Shown here piece after piece: positions 45,941-54,809 of a stretch of 64,000 nt of DNA (position 1 is its first letter; each line of letters opens with the position of its first letter). This DNA is from a virus. The notes beneath the pieces were generated by a model, which made no database searches, was not told the origin of the DNA, and saw nothing but the letters and a program-made list of their open reading frames with translations. The stretch lies in UHGV virus genome UHGV-0076293; one strand, given 5' to 3'. Made by a program: the position numbers and the translations under genes.

Positions 45941-48900
45941 ATGGCTAAAGCGGTAAAGAAAATTCGTTTACACGATTTACGTCCATACACCGGTGATATC
46001 GGTGAAGGCGTTTTACTTTTCTCCAAGGATGAGAAAGATTATAAGTTACCAGTCCGTGAGGTTATTGCAGATATTGACACCGTACGTAATGCGGTGGCTG
46101 ATGCACAAACAGCAGCAGCACAATCACAAGAAGCTGCAACTCAGGCTACGCAAGCAAAAGTTTTAGCAGAAGCAGCAAAACAACAAACTGACACAGTTGC
46201 GGCAACGGTTGCACAACAAGCGCAAACCGTAACCGAAAAAGCAACAGAAGTCAGTACAAAACACACCGAAGTGTTAGCCGCGAAAACGGCGGTAGACGCT
46301 CAGGCTGTGTCCATTAATGAGAAAGCACAAGCGGTAGCGACAAGTGAGGCAAACGTCACACAAGCAGAAACTACCGTTACGAAGAAAGCAGAAACTGTTG
46401 CCACACAAGCCGGGCGGGTCGAACAGTCACTTACGGCAGTTAACGAAGCTGTTGCGTCGGTAGAGTCGTCGAAAGCTGCCGTAGAAGCTAAAGCAACACA
46501 AGTTACTTCAGACAAAGAAACCGCAGAGAATGCGGCAACTCGTTCTGAGGCAGCCGCTAAGCGTGCGGAAGAAATCGTTGCTCAAGGTACTGTTGATGCA
46601 ACAACGACCAGTAAAGGTGTCGTTAAACTTAATAATACCTTAACCAGTGACTCTGTTACTGAAGCGGCTACACCGTCAACGGTTAAGCAGTTAAATGATG
46701 AATTGCAGTTAAAAGCAAACCGTCACAACCCAACTTTTACCGGTGTGGTAAAAGCACCGACTCCTGCTTCGGATTCTAACGACACGAGCGTCTCAACGAC
46801 TGCATGGGTACGGCAAGCGATTGCTGAATTAGTGGACTCTTCACCCGAGACGTTAGATACGTTATCAGAAATTGCAGCCGCGTTAGGAAACGATCCTAAC
46901 TTTGCGACAACGATAACGAACCAACTAGCGGGTAAACAGCCGTTAAGTCCGTTACTGACAGCGATTGCCGCAGTCACCACCGCTGCAAACAAACTCCCTT
47001 ACTTTACCGGTAGTAATCAGGTAGGGTTAGCGGATTTCACCTCGACTGCTCGCGAATTATTAGCGAAAGGGTCGACGGCCGATATCATCAGCTTCCTGGG
47101 GTTGAAAACCACCGTTGATAAAGCTGCGGGCGCTATGCAACGTAGTTCTAACGGTGCCGATATTCCCGATAAAGCCACCTTCGCGAAGAACATCGGGTTG
47201 TCAGCAGAGACGTACCTGAAGTTTAATGGGGAGATGCCAGTAGATGCAGACATCAACACCTTCGGCCCGGTTGAAGCGTTTATGGGCGTTTGGTCTAAAG
47301 CCACGTCTACGAACGCAACAGTTGCAAAGAATTTTCCAGAAGAAAACGCAGTTGGTTGTTTAGAAGTTTTCAAAGCGGGTAACTACAGCGGAAGTCAACG
47401 TTTTACTGTACGTAACGGTAACATCTATACACGTCATCTTACTGCTGCATGGAATGGGACAAACGGTCCTTGGTCAGAATGGCGTAATGTTGCTGGTTCC
47501 GCCAGAACGTTGAACGAACAAAATAATCTGAATGACTTGGGTGGTGAGGCCGCACTAGGTGTTTGGAGAAACAGTTCGAGTACATTAGCAACAACCGCGC
47601 TGAATTATCCTGAAGAAGGCTCTTTTGCCCAGGGCGTATTAGAAGTTCTCAAAGGTGGCAACTATAGTTACACACAACGCTACACTACCCGCAGAGGCAA
47701 TGTATACGTTCGTTGTCTACAAGCCACGTGGGACGCTTCAAACCCGCAATGGGAAGAATGGCGCTGTGTTGGTCATCAATCTGTCAGCACATATTTCGAA
47801 GGCGATCTCGACACGTTAACTTCGCCTAACCGTTATAGCATTACTGATAAAGCGACAAACGTTCCTTTAATCGACGGTACTAAAATTATCGGTATCTTGG
47901 ACGTCAGTCGTCGTTTTGATAACATTAGTGTCGAACAAAAATTCACCTCGTTTGGTTCTGGGAGCAAAACTACAGGGCGTATTTTCACACGTGTATTCTC
48001 CGGTCAATCAAACGGTAAATGGAGTGAGTGGCGAGAGGTTTTCACCTCGTATTCACTTCCGTTAGTTTTAGGTATCGGTGGGGTTGCAGCTAAGGTTGAC
48101 CCGTTAGACTGGCAAACCTACGACTTCGTTCCTGGACAGATGTTAACGACGCCGTTGAACACCATGAAAAACATTCCTGCAGGAATGGATTGGGGTACTA
48201 TTGACGGTAACTTAGTTAACATCCTTGTAGGGCCGTCTGACGACACCGGTACTGGTCGGAGTATGCTGGTTTGGCGTAGCACAGTGTCTGTTGCTAACTA
48301 TCGCTTCTTTGCGGTACGTATCGCTGGTGAGAAGGGTAGTCGTACGATTACGCCGCGTCAGATGCCTGTGTTGAACGCAGCGCACACCTGGGCAGAGAAA
48401 CAAACGTTCTCTAAAGGTTTAGCGGGTGAATTAACCGGTAATGCTTCTTCAGCAACGAAACTTCAAACAGCCCGTTTAATCGGCGGCGTAAGTTTCGACG
48501 GCACCAAGGACATTGCACTCCCTGGCGTTAACGCACAAGGTACGCAGAACACCACTGGGAATGCGGCTACCGCAACCAAATTACAAACGGCTAGAAATAT
48601 CAACGGTGTGAAATTCGATGGCTCTGGAGACATCAATATCAACACCTTAGTAGGTCGTGGACGTGTCACTGCTCTGGCTGGATCAAACAAAGGTACACCT
48701 GGTATCCAGATGTACGAGGTTTACAATAACGGTTATCCGACCGCGTATGGTAATTTACTGCATTTAGGTGGTGCTACTGCCGTAGGTGAAGGTGAACTAC
48801 TGATCGGTTGGTCTGGTACCAGTGGCGCACACGCACCTGTTTATATCCGTAGTCGTCGAGACACTACAGATGCGCCGTGGTCAGAATGGGCGCAAGTTTA

Positions 48901-50257
48901 TACTGCACGAGACAGCATTCCGGGTGTCAACACCACAGGTAATCAGGATACGACCGGAAACGCAGCTACCGCTACAAAACTTAAAACCACACGTAAAATA
49001 GGCGGGGTTAATTTTGACGGAACGGGTGATATTAACCTACCAGGTGTAAACCAGCAGGGCAACCAGAACACAACAGGTAACGCTGCGACAGCGACTAAAC
49101 TCCAGACTGCCCGAAATATTGGTGGTGTGGCTTTCGATGGTACTAAAGACATCAGTTTACCTGGGGTAAACCAAACAGGGAATCAGTCAACTACGGGGAA
49201 CGCTGCTACTGCAACGAAGTTGCAGACAGCAAGAAGTATCAACAACGTACCATTCGATGGTTCGAAAGATATTACTCTAACGCCAAGTAATATCGGTGCG
49301 GCTGCCTCCTCAATGACTTGGTTAAATACCGGGGATAATGGTGCAGCGCTTAGTACAGATTCTTTTATTACTTTGTTGCAAAATAACGGGGCTTTTAATT
49401 CCAGAACTTGGATAGCCCGATGCTCTTGGGCGTATGCTCAAAATGGCGTGATTCCAGATAGTGAAACAAAGTGCGGTACTATTCCACTTGCAGGCTCAGT
49501 TATTGAAGTTGTAAGTTTTGGGATGACCAACTACACCATTCGTATCACAACCCCTACGACGACATCGGTTAGCGGAGCAAAAACCAACTCTGAGTTTATT
49601 TATTGCTATAATGGTAAAGATTATTCTCCAGGTTGGCGACGGCAGTATAACACTGTTAATAAACCGTCTGCTAGTGACGTTGGCGCTCTACCAACTGGTG
49701 GCGGTACTGTCAGTGGCGATTTGACGGTTAATGGTAAACTGGTTACGAAAAATGCCGATTTTCGAATTGCTTACGGTAGTTACGGTTTCATTTTACGTAA
49801 CGATGGCAATAGCACCTATTTCTTAGTAACAGCATCTGGTCAAGCTGCAACGGGTTCCTGGAACAACTTACGACCGATGTACTTTAGCAATTCTACCGGT
49901 CAAGTAACCTTCGGACACAACATTACCGGTAACGGCAACGGTTCGTTTAACGACGTACAGATTCGTTCTGACCGTCGTAACAAACGTAATCTGGTGAAAC
50001 TGGATAATGCATTAGACCGTTTAGAACTCCTTACCGGGTATCTGTACGAAGTTCAACATCCTGACGATGGATGGAATACTTCGGTAGGCTTAATTGCCCA
50101 GGATGCATTAGTTGCGTTACCTGAATTGGTTACTGAAGACGATGACGCTATTTCTGGTGAAAAACGTTTACGTTTGAACTATAATGGTGTTATTGCGTTG
50201 TTGGTAGAGGGTATTAAAGACCTTCGTCGTGAGCTTAAGGAACTCAAGGGGAAATAA
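45941..50257 (+). CDS. long tail fibre, T5 pb1-like (1438 aa)
   Basis: Ala/Gln/Thr-rich coiled-coil N-terminal region; five tandem GNAATATKLQTARNIGGVxFDGTKDI repeats (phage tail-fibre repeat class); C-terminal peptidase S74-type intramolecular chaperone with SDRRNK Ser-Lys motif. Confidence 0.85.
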   Translation: MAKAVKKIRLHDLRPYTGDIGEGVLLFSKDEKDYKLPVREVIADIDTVRNAVADAQTAAAQSQEAATQATQAKVLAEAAKQQTDTVAATVAQQAQTVTEKATEVSTKHTEVLAAKTAVDAQAVSINEKAQAVATSEANVTQAETTVTKKAETVATQAGRVEQSLTAVNEAVASVESSKAAVEAKATQVTSDKETAENAATRSEAAAKRAEEIVAQGTVDATTTSKGVVKLNNTLTSDSVTEAATPSTVKQLNDELQLKANRHNPTFTGVVKAPTPASDSNDTSVSTTAWVRQAIAELVDSSPETLDTLSEIAAALGNDPNFATTITNQLAGKQPLSPLLTAIAAVTTAANKLPYFTGSNQVGLADFTSTARELLAKGSTADIISFLGLKTTVDKAAGAMQRSSNGADIPDKATFAKNIGLSAETYLKFNGEMPVDADINTFGPVEAFMGVWSKATSTNATVAKNFPEENAVGCLEVFKAGNYSGSQRFTVRNGNIYTRHLTAAWNGTNGPWSEWRNVAGSARTLNEQNNLNDLGGEAALGVWRNSSSTLATTALNYPEEGSFAQGVLEVLKGGNYSYTQRYTTRRGNVYVRCLQATWDASNPQWEEWRCVGHQSVSTYFEGDLDTLTSPNRYSITDKATNVPLIDGTKIIGILDVSRRFDNISVEQKFTSFGSGSKTTGRIFTRVFSGQSNGKWSEWREVFTSYSLPLVLGIGGVAAKVDPLDWQTYDFVPGQMLTTPLNTMKNIPAGMDWGTIDGNLVNILVGPSDDTGTGRSMLVWRSTVSVANYRFFAVRIAGEKGSRTITPRQMPVLNAAHTWAEKQTFSKGLAGELTGNASSATKLQTARLIGGVSFDGTKDIALPGVNAQGTQNTTGNAATATKLQTARNINGVKFDGSGDININTLVGRGRVTALAGSNKGTPGIQMYEVYNNGYPTAYGNLLHLGGATAVGEGELLIGWSGTSGAHAPVYIRSRRDTTDAPWSEWAQVYTARDSIPGVNTTGNQDTTGNAATATKLKTTRKIGGVNFDGTGDINLPGVNQQGNQNTTGNAATATKLQTARNIGGVAFDGTKDISLPGVNQTGNQSTTGNAATATKLQTARSINNVPFDGSKDITLTPSNIGAAASSMTWLNTGDNGAALSTDSFITLLQNNGAFNSRTWIARCSWAYAQNGVIPDSETKCGTIPLAGSVIEVVSFGMTNYTIRITTPTTTSVSGAKTNSEFIYCYNGKDYSPGWRRQYNTVNKPSASDVGALPTGGGTVSGDLTVNGKLVTKNADFRIAYGSYGFILRNDGNSTYFLVTASGQAATGSWNNLRPMYFSNSTGQVTFGHNITGNGNGSFNDVQIRSDRRNKRNLVKLDNALDRLELLTGYLYEVQHPDDGWNTSVGLIAQDALVALPELVTEDDDAISGEKRLRLNYNGVIALLVEGIKDLRRELKELKGK
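48425..49295 (+). repeat. five tandem ~37-aa tail-fibre repeats inside the fibre gene
   Basis: repeated TGNAATATKLQTAR-x-IGGV-x-FDG-x-DI-x-LPGVNQ-x-GNQ units, recoded with synonymous codons between copies. Confidence 0.8.
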
Positions 50258-50260
50258 AGG

Positions 50261-50803
50261 ATGGCAGTTGTTGAAGTTCCAGGTTATATCGGTTCTTCTG
50301 CAAAGGAAGTTACTGGCGAAGAGATGATGTCTGAAGCGATGACCGAACTCGGCGTTGTCGTACCAGGGATGATGTCTGAAATGGCAGGTCTGTCAATGGG
50401 TTGCTATGTAACGTTTGAGGAGTGGACTACCGTTGAAGATGGCCTTGATGTTCGATGGATCGGTGCGTCTACTTCCGAGTGGACAGACGGCTACGGCAAA
50501 CCGGTCGTTAAAGGAAAAATATCCGGGGCGAAGATGTTTGGTTTGAATGTCGAAGCGGAGCTGATCGGAATGCACTATAAAAAGCATCCGCGATTCCCTT
50601 GGTCAGTCGAACTAAAATGTCGCTGCGAAAAAGGTAGCAATTTCAGTTATACGTTAGACGGTGTAAGCGGTTCTGTATCGAGTGATGGTACCGGTACAAC
50701 CGGAATGCAAATTCGTACATTCAAATTTAACAATTTCAGTGCAGCATTTAAGGAAAAGATAGAGCAAGTTGGTGTCAAGATGCCAACATCACGTAAATAT
50801 TAA
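50261..50803 (+). CDS. hypothetical protein, paralog X1
   Basis: N-terminal GSSAKEVTGEEMMSEA...MMSEMAGLSMGC motif shared with the gene at 50865. Confidence 0.65.
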   Translation: MAVVEVPGYIGSSAKEVTGEEMMSEAMTELGVVVPGMMSEMAGLSMGCYVTFEEWTTVEDGLDVRWIGASTSEWTDGYGKPVVKGKISGAKMFGLNVEAELIGMHYKKHPRFPWSVELKCRCEKGSNFSYTLDGVSGSVSSDGTGTTGMQIRTFKFNNFSAAFKEKIEQVGVKMPTSRKY

Positions 50804-50815
50804 AAGAGTAGCGTA

Positions 50816-50825
50816 GGGGGGGGGG
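50816..50825. repeat. poly-G tract (G10) inside a GC hairpin
   Basis: homopolymer GGGGGGGGGG pairing with a downstream C6 run. Confidence 0.9.
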
Positions 50826-50853
50826 AGGTCACCCCCCTACGCGAATCTTAACA

Positions 50854-50862
50854 GGGGGGGGG
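50854..50862. repeat. poly-G tract (G9) forming the ribosome-binding region of the gene at 50865
   Basis: GGGGGGGGG ends 2 nt before the ATG. Confidence 0.9.
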
Positions 50863-50864
50863 TA

Positions 50865-51368
50865 ATGGCGGTTAACTCGGGTTGGGTCGGTTCTTCGGCT
50901 AAGAGCGAAACGGGCGAACAGTGGATGAGCGCTGCGGGTGCCAAATTGGGATTGGGTAAACCTTTTATGATGAGTCAAATGGTGGGACGATCTATGGGCT
51001 GTAAAATTTCAACTGCTGCATATAGTGATTCTTTAGGTAAGAAATGGGGTGCTGTGGGATCAAGTTGGCCATTAACTCAGAAAAATCAGGGAACCATTCA
51101 AAACGCGGGTAACTGCGGGGTGGGAACTTTAGTAGGTATAGAGTTACAATTAACGACGGTAGTTGCCAACGCAACGCCTACTCTAGCGGTCTATTTACAA
51201 GGCGGCAGGGCCTCTAACATCACTGCAAATCTAGGCGGTAACACTTGTGCGCTGACCTATCAGCAGGTTATTAATGGCCAACATTATTACTGGACCAATA
51301 ACATTAGTGCCGCGTTCCAAAACGTGATGAAATCGACCGGTACACTAAGAGATTTCAAAATTAGTTAA
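50865..51368 (+). CDS. hypothetical protein, paralog X2
   Basis: GSSAKSETGEQWMSAA...MMSQMVGRSMGC; flanked by poly-G tracts. Confidence 0.65.
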   Translation: MAVNSGWVGSSAKSETGEQWMSAAGAKLGLGKPFMMSQMVGRSMGCKISTAAYSDSLGKKWGAVGSSWPLTQKNQGTIQNAGNCGVGTLVGIELQLTTVVANATPTLAVYLQGGRASNITANLGGNTCALTYQQVINGQHYYWTNNISAAFQNVMKSTGTLRDFKIS

Positions 51369-51405
51369 TTATTTTTCAAACGAATGTGTTTGAAAACGTA
51401 ATCGA

Positions 51406-51415
51406 GGGGGGGGGG
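51406..51415. repeat. poly-G tract (G10)
   Basis: homopolymer about 55 nt upstream of the gene at 51471. Confidence 0.9.
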
Positions 51416-51470
51416 TGAAGTGTTTTTAGCCAACATTTTATGTCTCCCCAACCGTAGGAGGTAAATATAC

Positions 51471-51983
51471 GTGGAACAATTCACGCCAGATTTGTCGTTA
51501 ACTTCACTTAACATGGTTATTTCACTGGTTAACCATGACCTCCAACTTGACTTGCAAGAGAATGAGGTCGAAGTCAGTGACGTAAAGACCAGTGACGAAA
51601 TGGAACGTGACACCACTGCTGTTGTAAAGATAAAACGTTCTGGTAACAGAACGTTACAAATCTACTACAACCGTTTAACTGCAGAGCGGTGGTTAAACCG
51701 ACAACCTGTACTTGTAAAAGTAACAGGCGAAGGGTTTAATGCGCACGATCTAATCGAATCCATCAACACCGTTTGTGGTGCTAACTTACAAACCGACGAT
51801 TTAACCGACCAGTCGTTCACGGTGGGTAAAGACGCGGTAATATTTAGCATCGCTCCGAGTTCCCTCGGCTACAAAGGTCAGTTCTCCGTGGTGGTTTTCG
51901 GTCCAGATGAAACACCGTGTGGTATCGGTGACGATTCTGTCGTGCTAACGTTTGACAATAAAATCTTAACCTTTGGAGAGTAA
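51471..51983 (+). CDS. fibre-associated protein, paralog A2
   Basis: GTG start after AGGAGG; paralog of the gene at 45172; directly upstream of the second fibre gene. Confidence 0.6.
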   Translation: MEQFTPDLSLTSLNMVISLVNHDLQLDLQENEVEVSDVKTSDEMERDTTAVVKIKRSGNRTLQIYYNRLTAERWLNRQPVLVKVTGEGFNAHDLIESINTVCGANLQTDDLTDQSFTVGKDAVIFSIAPSSLGYKGQFSVVVFGPDETPCGIGDDSVVLTFDNKILTFGE

Positions 51984-51986
51984 TAG

Positions 51987-54119
51987 ATGAGTCAGCCAAT
52001 TGGAAAGAAGCGTATTCATGAGCTGGAAACATTTGAAGGTGAATTAGCAGGAGTCGTTCTGCTGATGTCCAAAGACGACAAAGAATATAAACTTGACGCA
52101 TCTCGTTTACAAAACGATAAGCTGTATCTAGCTTGCGGTACACCTTTTCCTAAACTAGTATTCCAAAACGATAAAACACATTACAATATTAATCCGTACA
52201 GTGACTACGACACTTATGAAGTTTCTGCAAATAAAGGTCGGGTATCTAAAGTTACTCGTGCCACATTTAGCGTGATGGCTGGGTCTTTATCGGTTGGCGA
52301 GAAAATACAACTTACAGTTACGCGCAATGGCGTACCATTTCAATTTGAAGTTACCGTATCGGGACCGCGTATCACTACTCCCACTTGGACACTTCCAGTT
52401 AATGGCGGTAAATTGAGCGTAACGCCAACCTTTGAAGTAACTGACTATCAAGCCTATCCATATACCAACACCGGTAATCAACAGACCGCTGCCAGTTGGG
52501 AAATTTCCACTAGTGAAGATTTCTCAACTACAGTTTTCCAATCACTGAACGACACCGTCAACAAAACAACCATCAGTATCCCAGAAGGTAAGTTAGAACC
52601 AGGTCAAACTTACTACGCACGTGTTCGCTTCCATAACGCAGTAACCGAAAGTGATTGGTCCGTTGTTCAATTCTCAGTCGGCGAAGCATTTATTCAGCGT
52701 CCTGCACTGATCGAACCCACCGTAGACATGGTGTTAAGCGCATCGAATATTACACTTAAAACTGATGTTTTTAAATGGGTCGGTGACGAACCTGCGGAGA
52801 CCCACGTATCGACTGACTGGCAGGTTACTTACGGTAGCAACGATTTTGACGAAATGAATAATCTCGTTAACCAATTAGAAGATGCGATTAACCTGACGTC
52901 GCTTAAATTACCGTCTGATCGGGTTTACGTTAATAACAGTTATCGTGCACGCGTGCGTTTTCGTGGTGAGAGAAGCGTCAGTGATTGGTCTGAACCTTTA
53001 ACGTTCCGTGTAAGTCGCGGGAACGTACCAACAAGTGAATTCCAGTCAATTTCTGCTTCTGGATTTACAGGTAATTCAATCGGTGCTGAGTTGGCATGTA
53101 CTGACGACGGTTTGCTGTTTGCTGCTACTGGCGTTGCACAGAAAGCGAAATTCTTACATATCTTTAAGAAAGACTTCCCGTCTTACAACAAAGTTGCCTC
53201 TTTAACAGCTGCTACTGAGGTTGACGCAGACAGAGATGGTCGCTGTCCGGTCAGTATGTCAGCCGACGGTAAGATTATTGTTGTCGGTGTTAGCGCATCT
53301 AAAGCTAACGAAGACCACGGCGAAGTTATCGTTTACCGTAACCCAGATAACGCTGAGTGGAGTACAATCAACGGAATAACTTTAGCGGGATTACCCACAG
53401 AAGGGTTCCATGGCCTTGCAGTAAAACTGTCAAAAGACGGCAATCGTTTGATTGTGGGTAACGGTACGAAAGTGCTGTCTATGTATTCCAATACCGATCA
53501 ATTTGCTACACGTACGGCTGTGTCGCCGACACTAAGTGCCGAAGACGCCACTTGTGGTGGTATTGGTAGCATTGCAATGTCTGAAGACGGTAACGGTTTA
53601 GTGCTTGGCGAAACTAACGGAACGAAATTCCACGTACTGGCTTGGGAATCGGATAGTTGGGTGTCTAAGGCATCTATTACACCAAAAGACTTGACTGAGA
53701 AAGCAACGATTAAAGTCGCTGCTTCTTCTGACTTGTCTACGATTCTTGTTTCTGTAGTTGAGACACACAAATACTACGTTTACAAGAAAACCGGTGATAG
53801 TTGGTCTCTGTTCCAAACCTTGGATTATACCGAACTGGATTACTCCATTACTTCTACCCGTTACCCGACGGGAGACATTAATGTTGCGCCTTCCGGAAGC
53901 TGGTTAATTTTCGGTATGGTGGGTTCGTTGGGTTCTATTTTCGAATTTCGTAATAGTACCTACCAACGACAAAATAGCATTTACGGCAGTAGTCTTAGCG
54001 ATCCTGAGAATTACCACTTCTATACGTCACAAGCCATCAGTGCACAAAACGATTTGTTCGTCGGTGCTGATGTTAAAGAAAGTGCTTCGTACTTCCCACA
54101 AATCAAAGTTTACATGTAA
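51987..54119 (+). CDS. second tail fibre / receptor-binding protein (710 aa)
   Basis: N-terminus KKRIHELETFEGELAGVVLLMSKDDKEYKL is homologous to the N-terminus of the 1438-aa fibre; two FN3-like units (YYARVRF...SDWS, YRARVRF...SDWS); C-terminal repeated S-x-DG-x-x-(I/L)-(V/I)-x-G beta-propeller-like blades. Confidence 0.7.
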   Translation: MSQPIGKKRIHELETFEGELAGVVLLMSKDDKEYKLDASRLQNDKLYLACGTPFPKLVFQNDKTHYNINPYSDYDTYEVSANKGRVSKVTRATFSVMAGSLSVGEKIQLTVTRNGVPFQFEVTVSGPRITTPTWTLPVNGGKLSVTPTFEVTDYQAYPYTNTGNQQTAASWEISTSEDFSTTVFQSLNDTVNKTTISIPEGKLEPGQTYYARVRFHNAVTESDWSVVQFSVGEAFIQRPALIEPTVDMVLSASNITLKTDVFKWVGDEPAETHVSTDWQVTYGSNDFDEMNNLVNQLEDAINLTSLKLPSDRVYVNNSYRARVRFRGERSVSDWSEPLTFRVSRGNVPTSEFQSISASGFTGNSIGAELACTDDGLLFAATGVAQKAKFLHIFKKDFPSYNKVASLTAATEVDADRDGRCPVSMSADGKIIVVGVSASKANEDHGEVIVYRNPDNAEWSTINGITLAGLPTEGFHGLAVKLSKDGNRLIVGNGTKVLSMYSNTDQFATRTAVSPTLSAEDATCGGIGSIAMSEDGNGLVLGETNGTKFHVLAWESDSWVSKASITPKDLTEKATIKVAASSDLSTILVSVVETHKYYVYKKTGDSWSLFQTLDYTELDYSITSTRYPTGDINVAPSGSWLIFGMVGSLGSIFEFRNSTYQRQNSIYGSSLSDPENYHFYTSQAISAQNDLFVGADVKESASYFPQIKVYM

Positions 54120-54128
54120 GGAAACGCG

Positions 54129-54689
54129 ATGAAATATGCTTATTTAAAAGACGGTAATGTGATCGACTGGAATGTTACCGAAGACATGATTGCTTTGCGT
54201 GGCCACACTGTAGATATTTATACGCCTGTAGTAGAATCTGCTAAACCGGTTGTTAACCCTGATTGTTATATCGTGTTCGAAACAACACCAAAACTGGTAA
54301 AAGGCAAGCTGGTTCAACAGTGGGTGACTGAAGCGCTGCCTAAAGAAACGGTAGTACGTAACCAGAAGGCACGTTTAGCGGAAATTCGTTATGCGAAAGA
54401 AACTGCCGGGATTACGTTTAAAGACCAAACTATTCCTACGACACGTGATGTACGTTATCAGTTAATTCAGTCTAAACACGTTGATTCTACGCAACCTATT
54501 AACTGGAAGCTAGGCGATACGTGGCTAAGTCTTACTCAGGAAGACATTGATGCGCTGCTGGTTGCAATCGCAACTTATGTTGAGAAATGCTACGCGGCAG
54601 AACGCACAGTCTCCGAGAAAATCACTAAGGTGAAAGCACCTGAAAAACTGGATGTAGAAACCTTATTTAACGACGCTTTCGCAGCGTAA
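54129..54689 (+). CDS. possible tail-fibre assembly/chaperone-like protein
   Basis: position immediately after a fibre gene; ARLAEIRYAKETAGITFKD...WKLGDTWLSLTQEDIDALL resembles tail-fibre assembly proteins; weak. Confidence 0.4.
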   Translation: MKYAYLKDGNVIDWNVTEDMIALRGHTVDIYTPVVESAKPVVNPDCYIVFETTPKLVKGKLVQQWVTEALPKETVVRNQKARLAEIRYAKETAGITFKDQTIPTTRDVRYQLIQSKHVDSTQPINWKLGDTWLSLTQEDIDALLVAIATYVEKCYAAERTVSEKITKVKAPEKLDVETLFNDAFAA

Positions 54690-54692
54690 CAC

Positions 54693-54736
54693 GGTAGCAG
54701 GGGCTTAGCCCCTGCTACCTTTTTCTTTATTTTTTC
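54693..54736 (+). terminator. intrinsic terminator
   Basis: GGTAGCAGGGGC-TTA-GCCCCTGCTACC followed by a T-rich stretch. Confidence 0.85.
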
Positions 54737-54782
54737 TCAGATATATATTACCTAGAGGAGAGTGAAATTTACATTCACTCCA
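54731..54782 (+). promoter_or_regulatory. phage promoter-like element with downstream 5'-UTR hairpin (copy 4)
   Basis: TTTTTTCTCAGATATATATTACCTAGAGGAGAGTGAA followed by an inverted repeat ending TTCACTCC. Confidence 0.6.
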
Positions 54783-54809
54783 TTAGTTATAGCCGAAAAG
54801 GAGGATTAG

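Noticed and set aside
46300-49152. Several minus-strand ORFs inside the tail fibre gene (46300-46515, 46723-46992, 47017-47373, 48463-48690, 48943-49152)
   Set aside because: Products of Ala/Thr-rich and repeated sequence in the sense gene; no ribosome-binding sites and not compatible with the long intact sense ORF.
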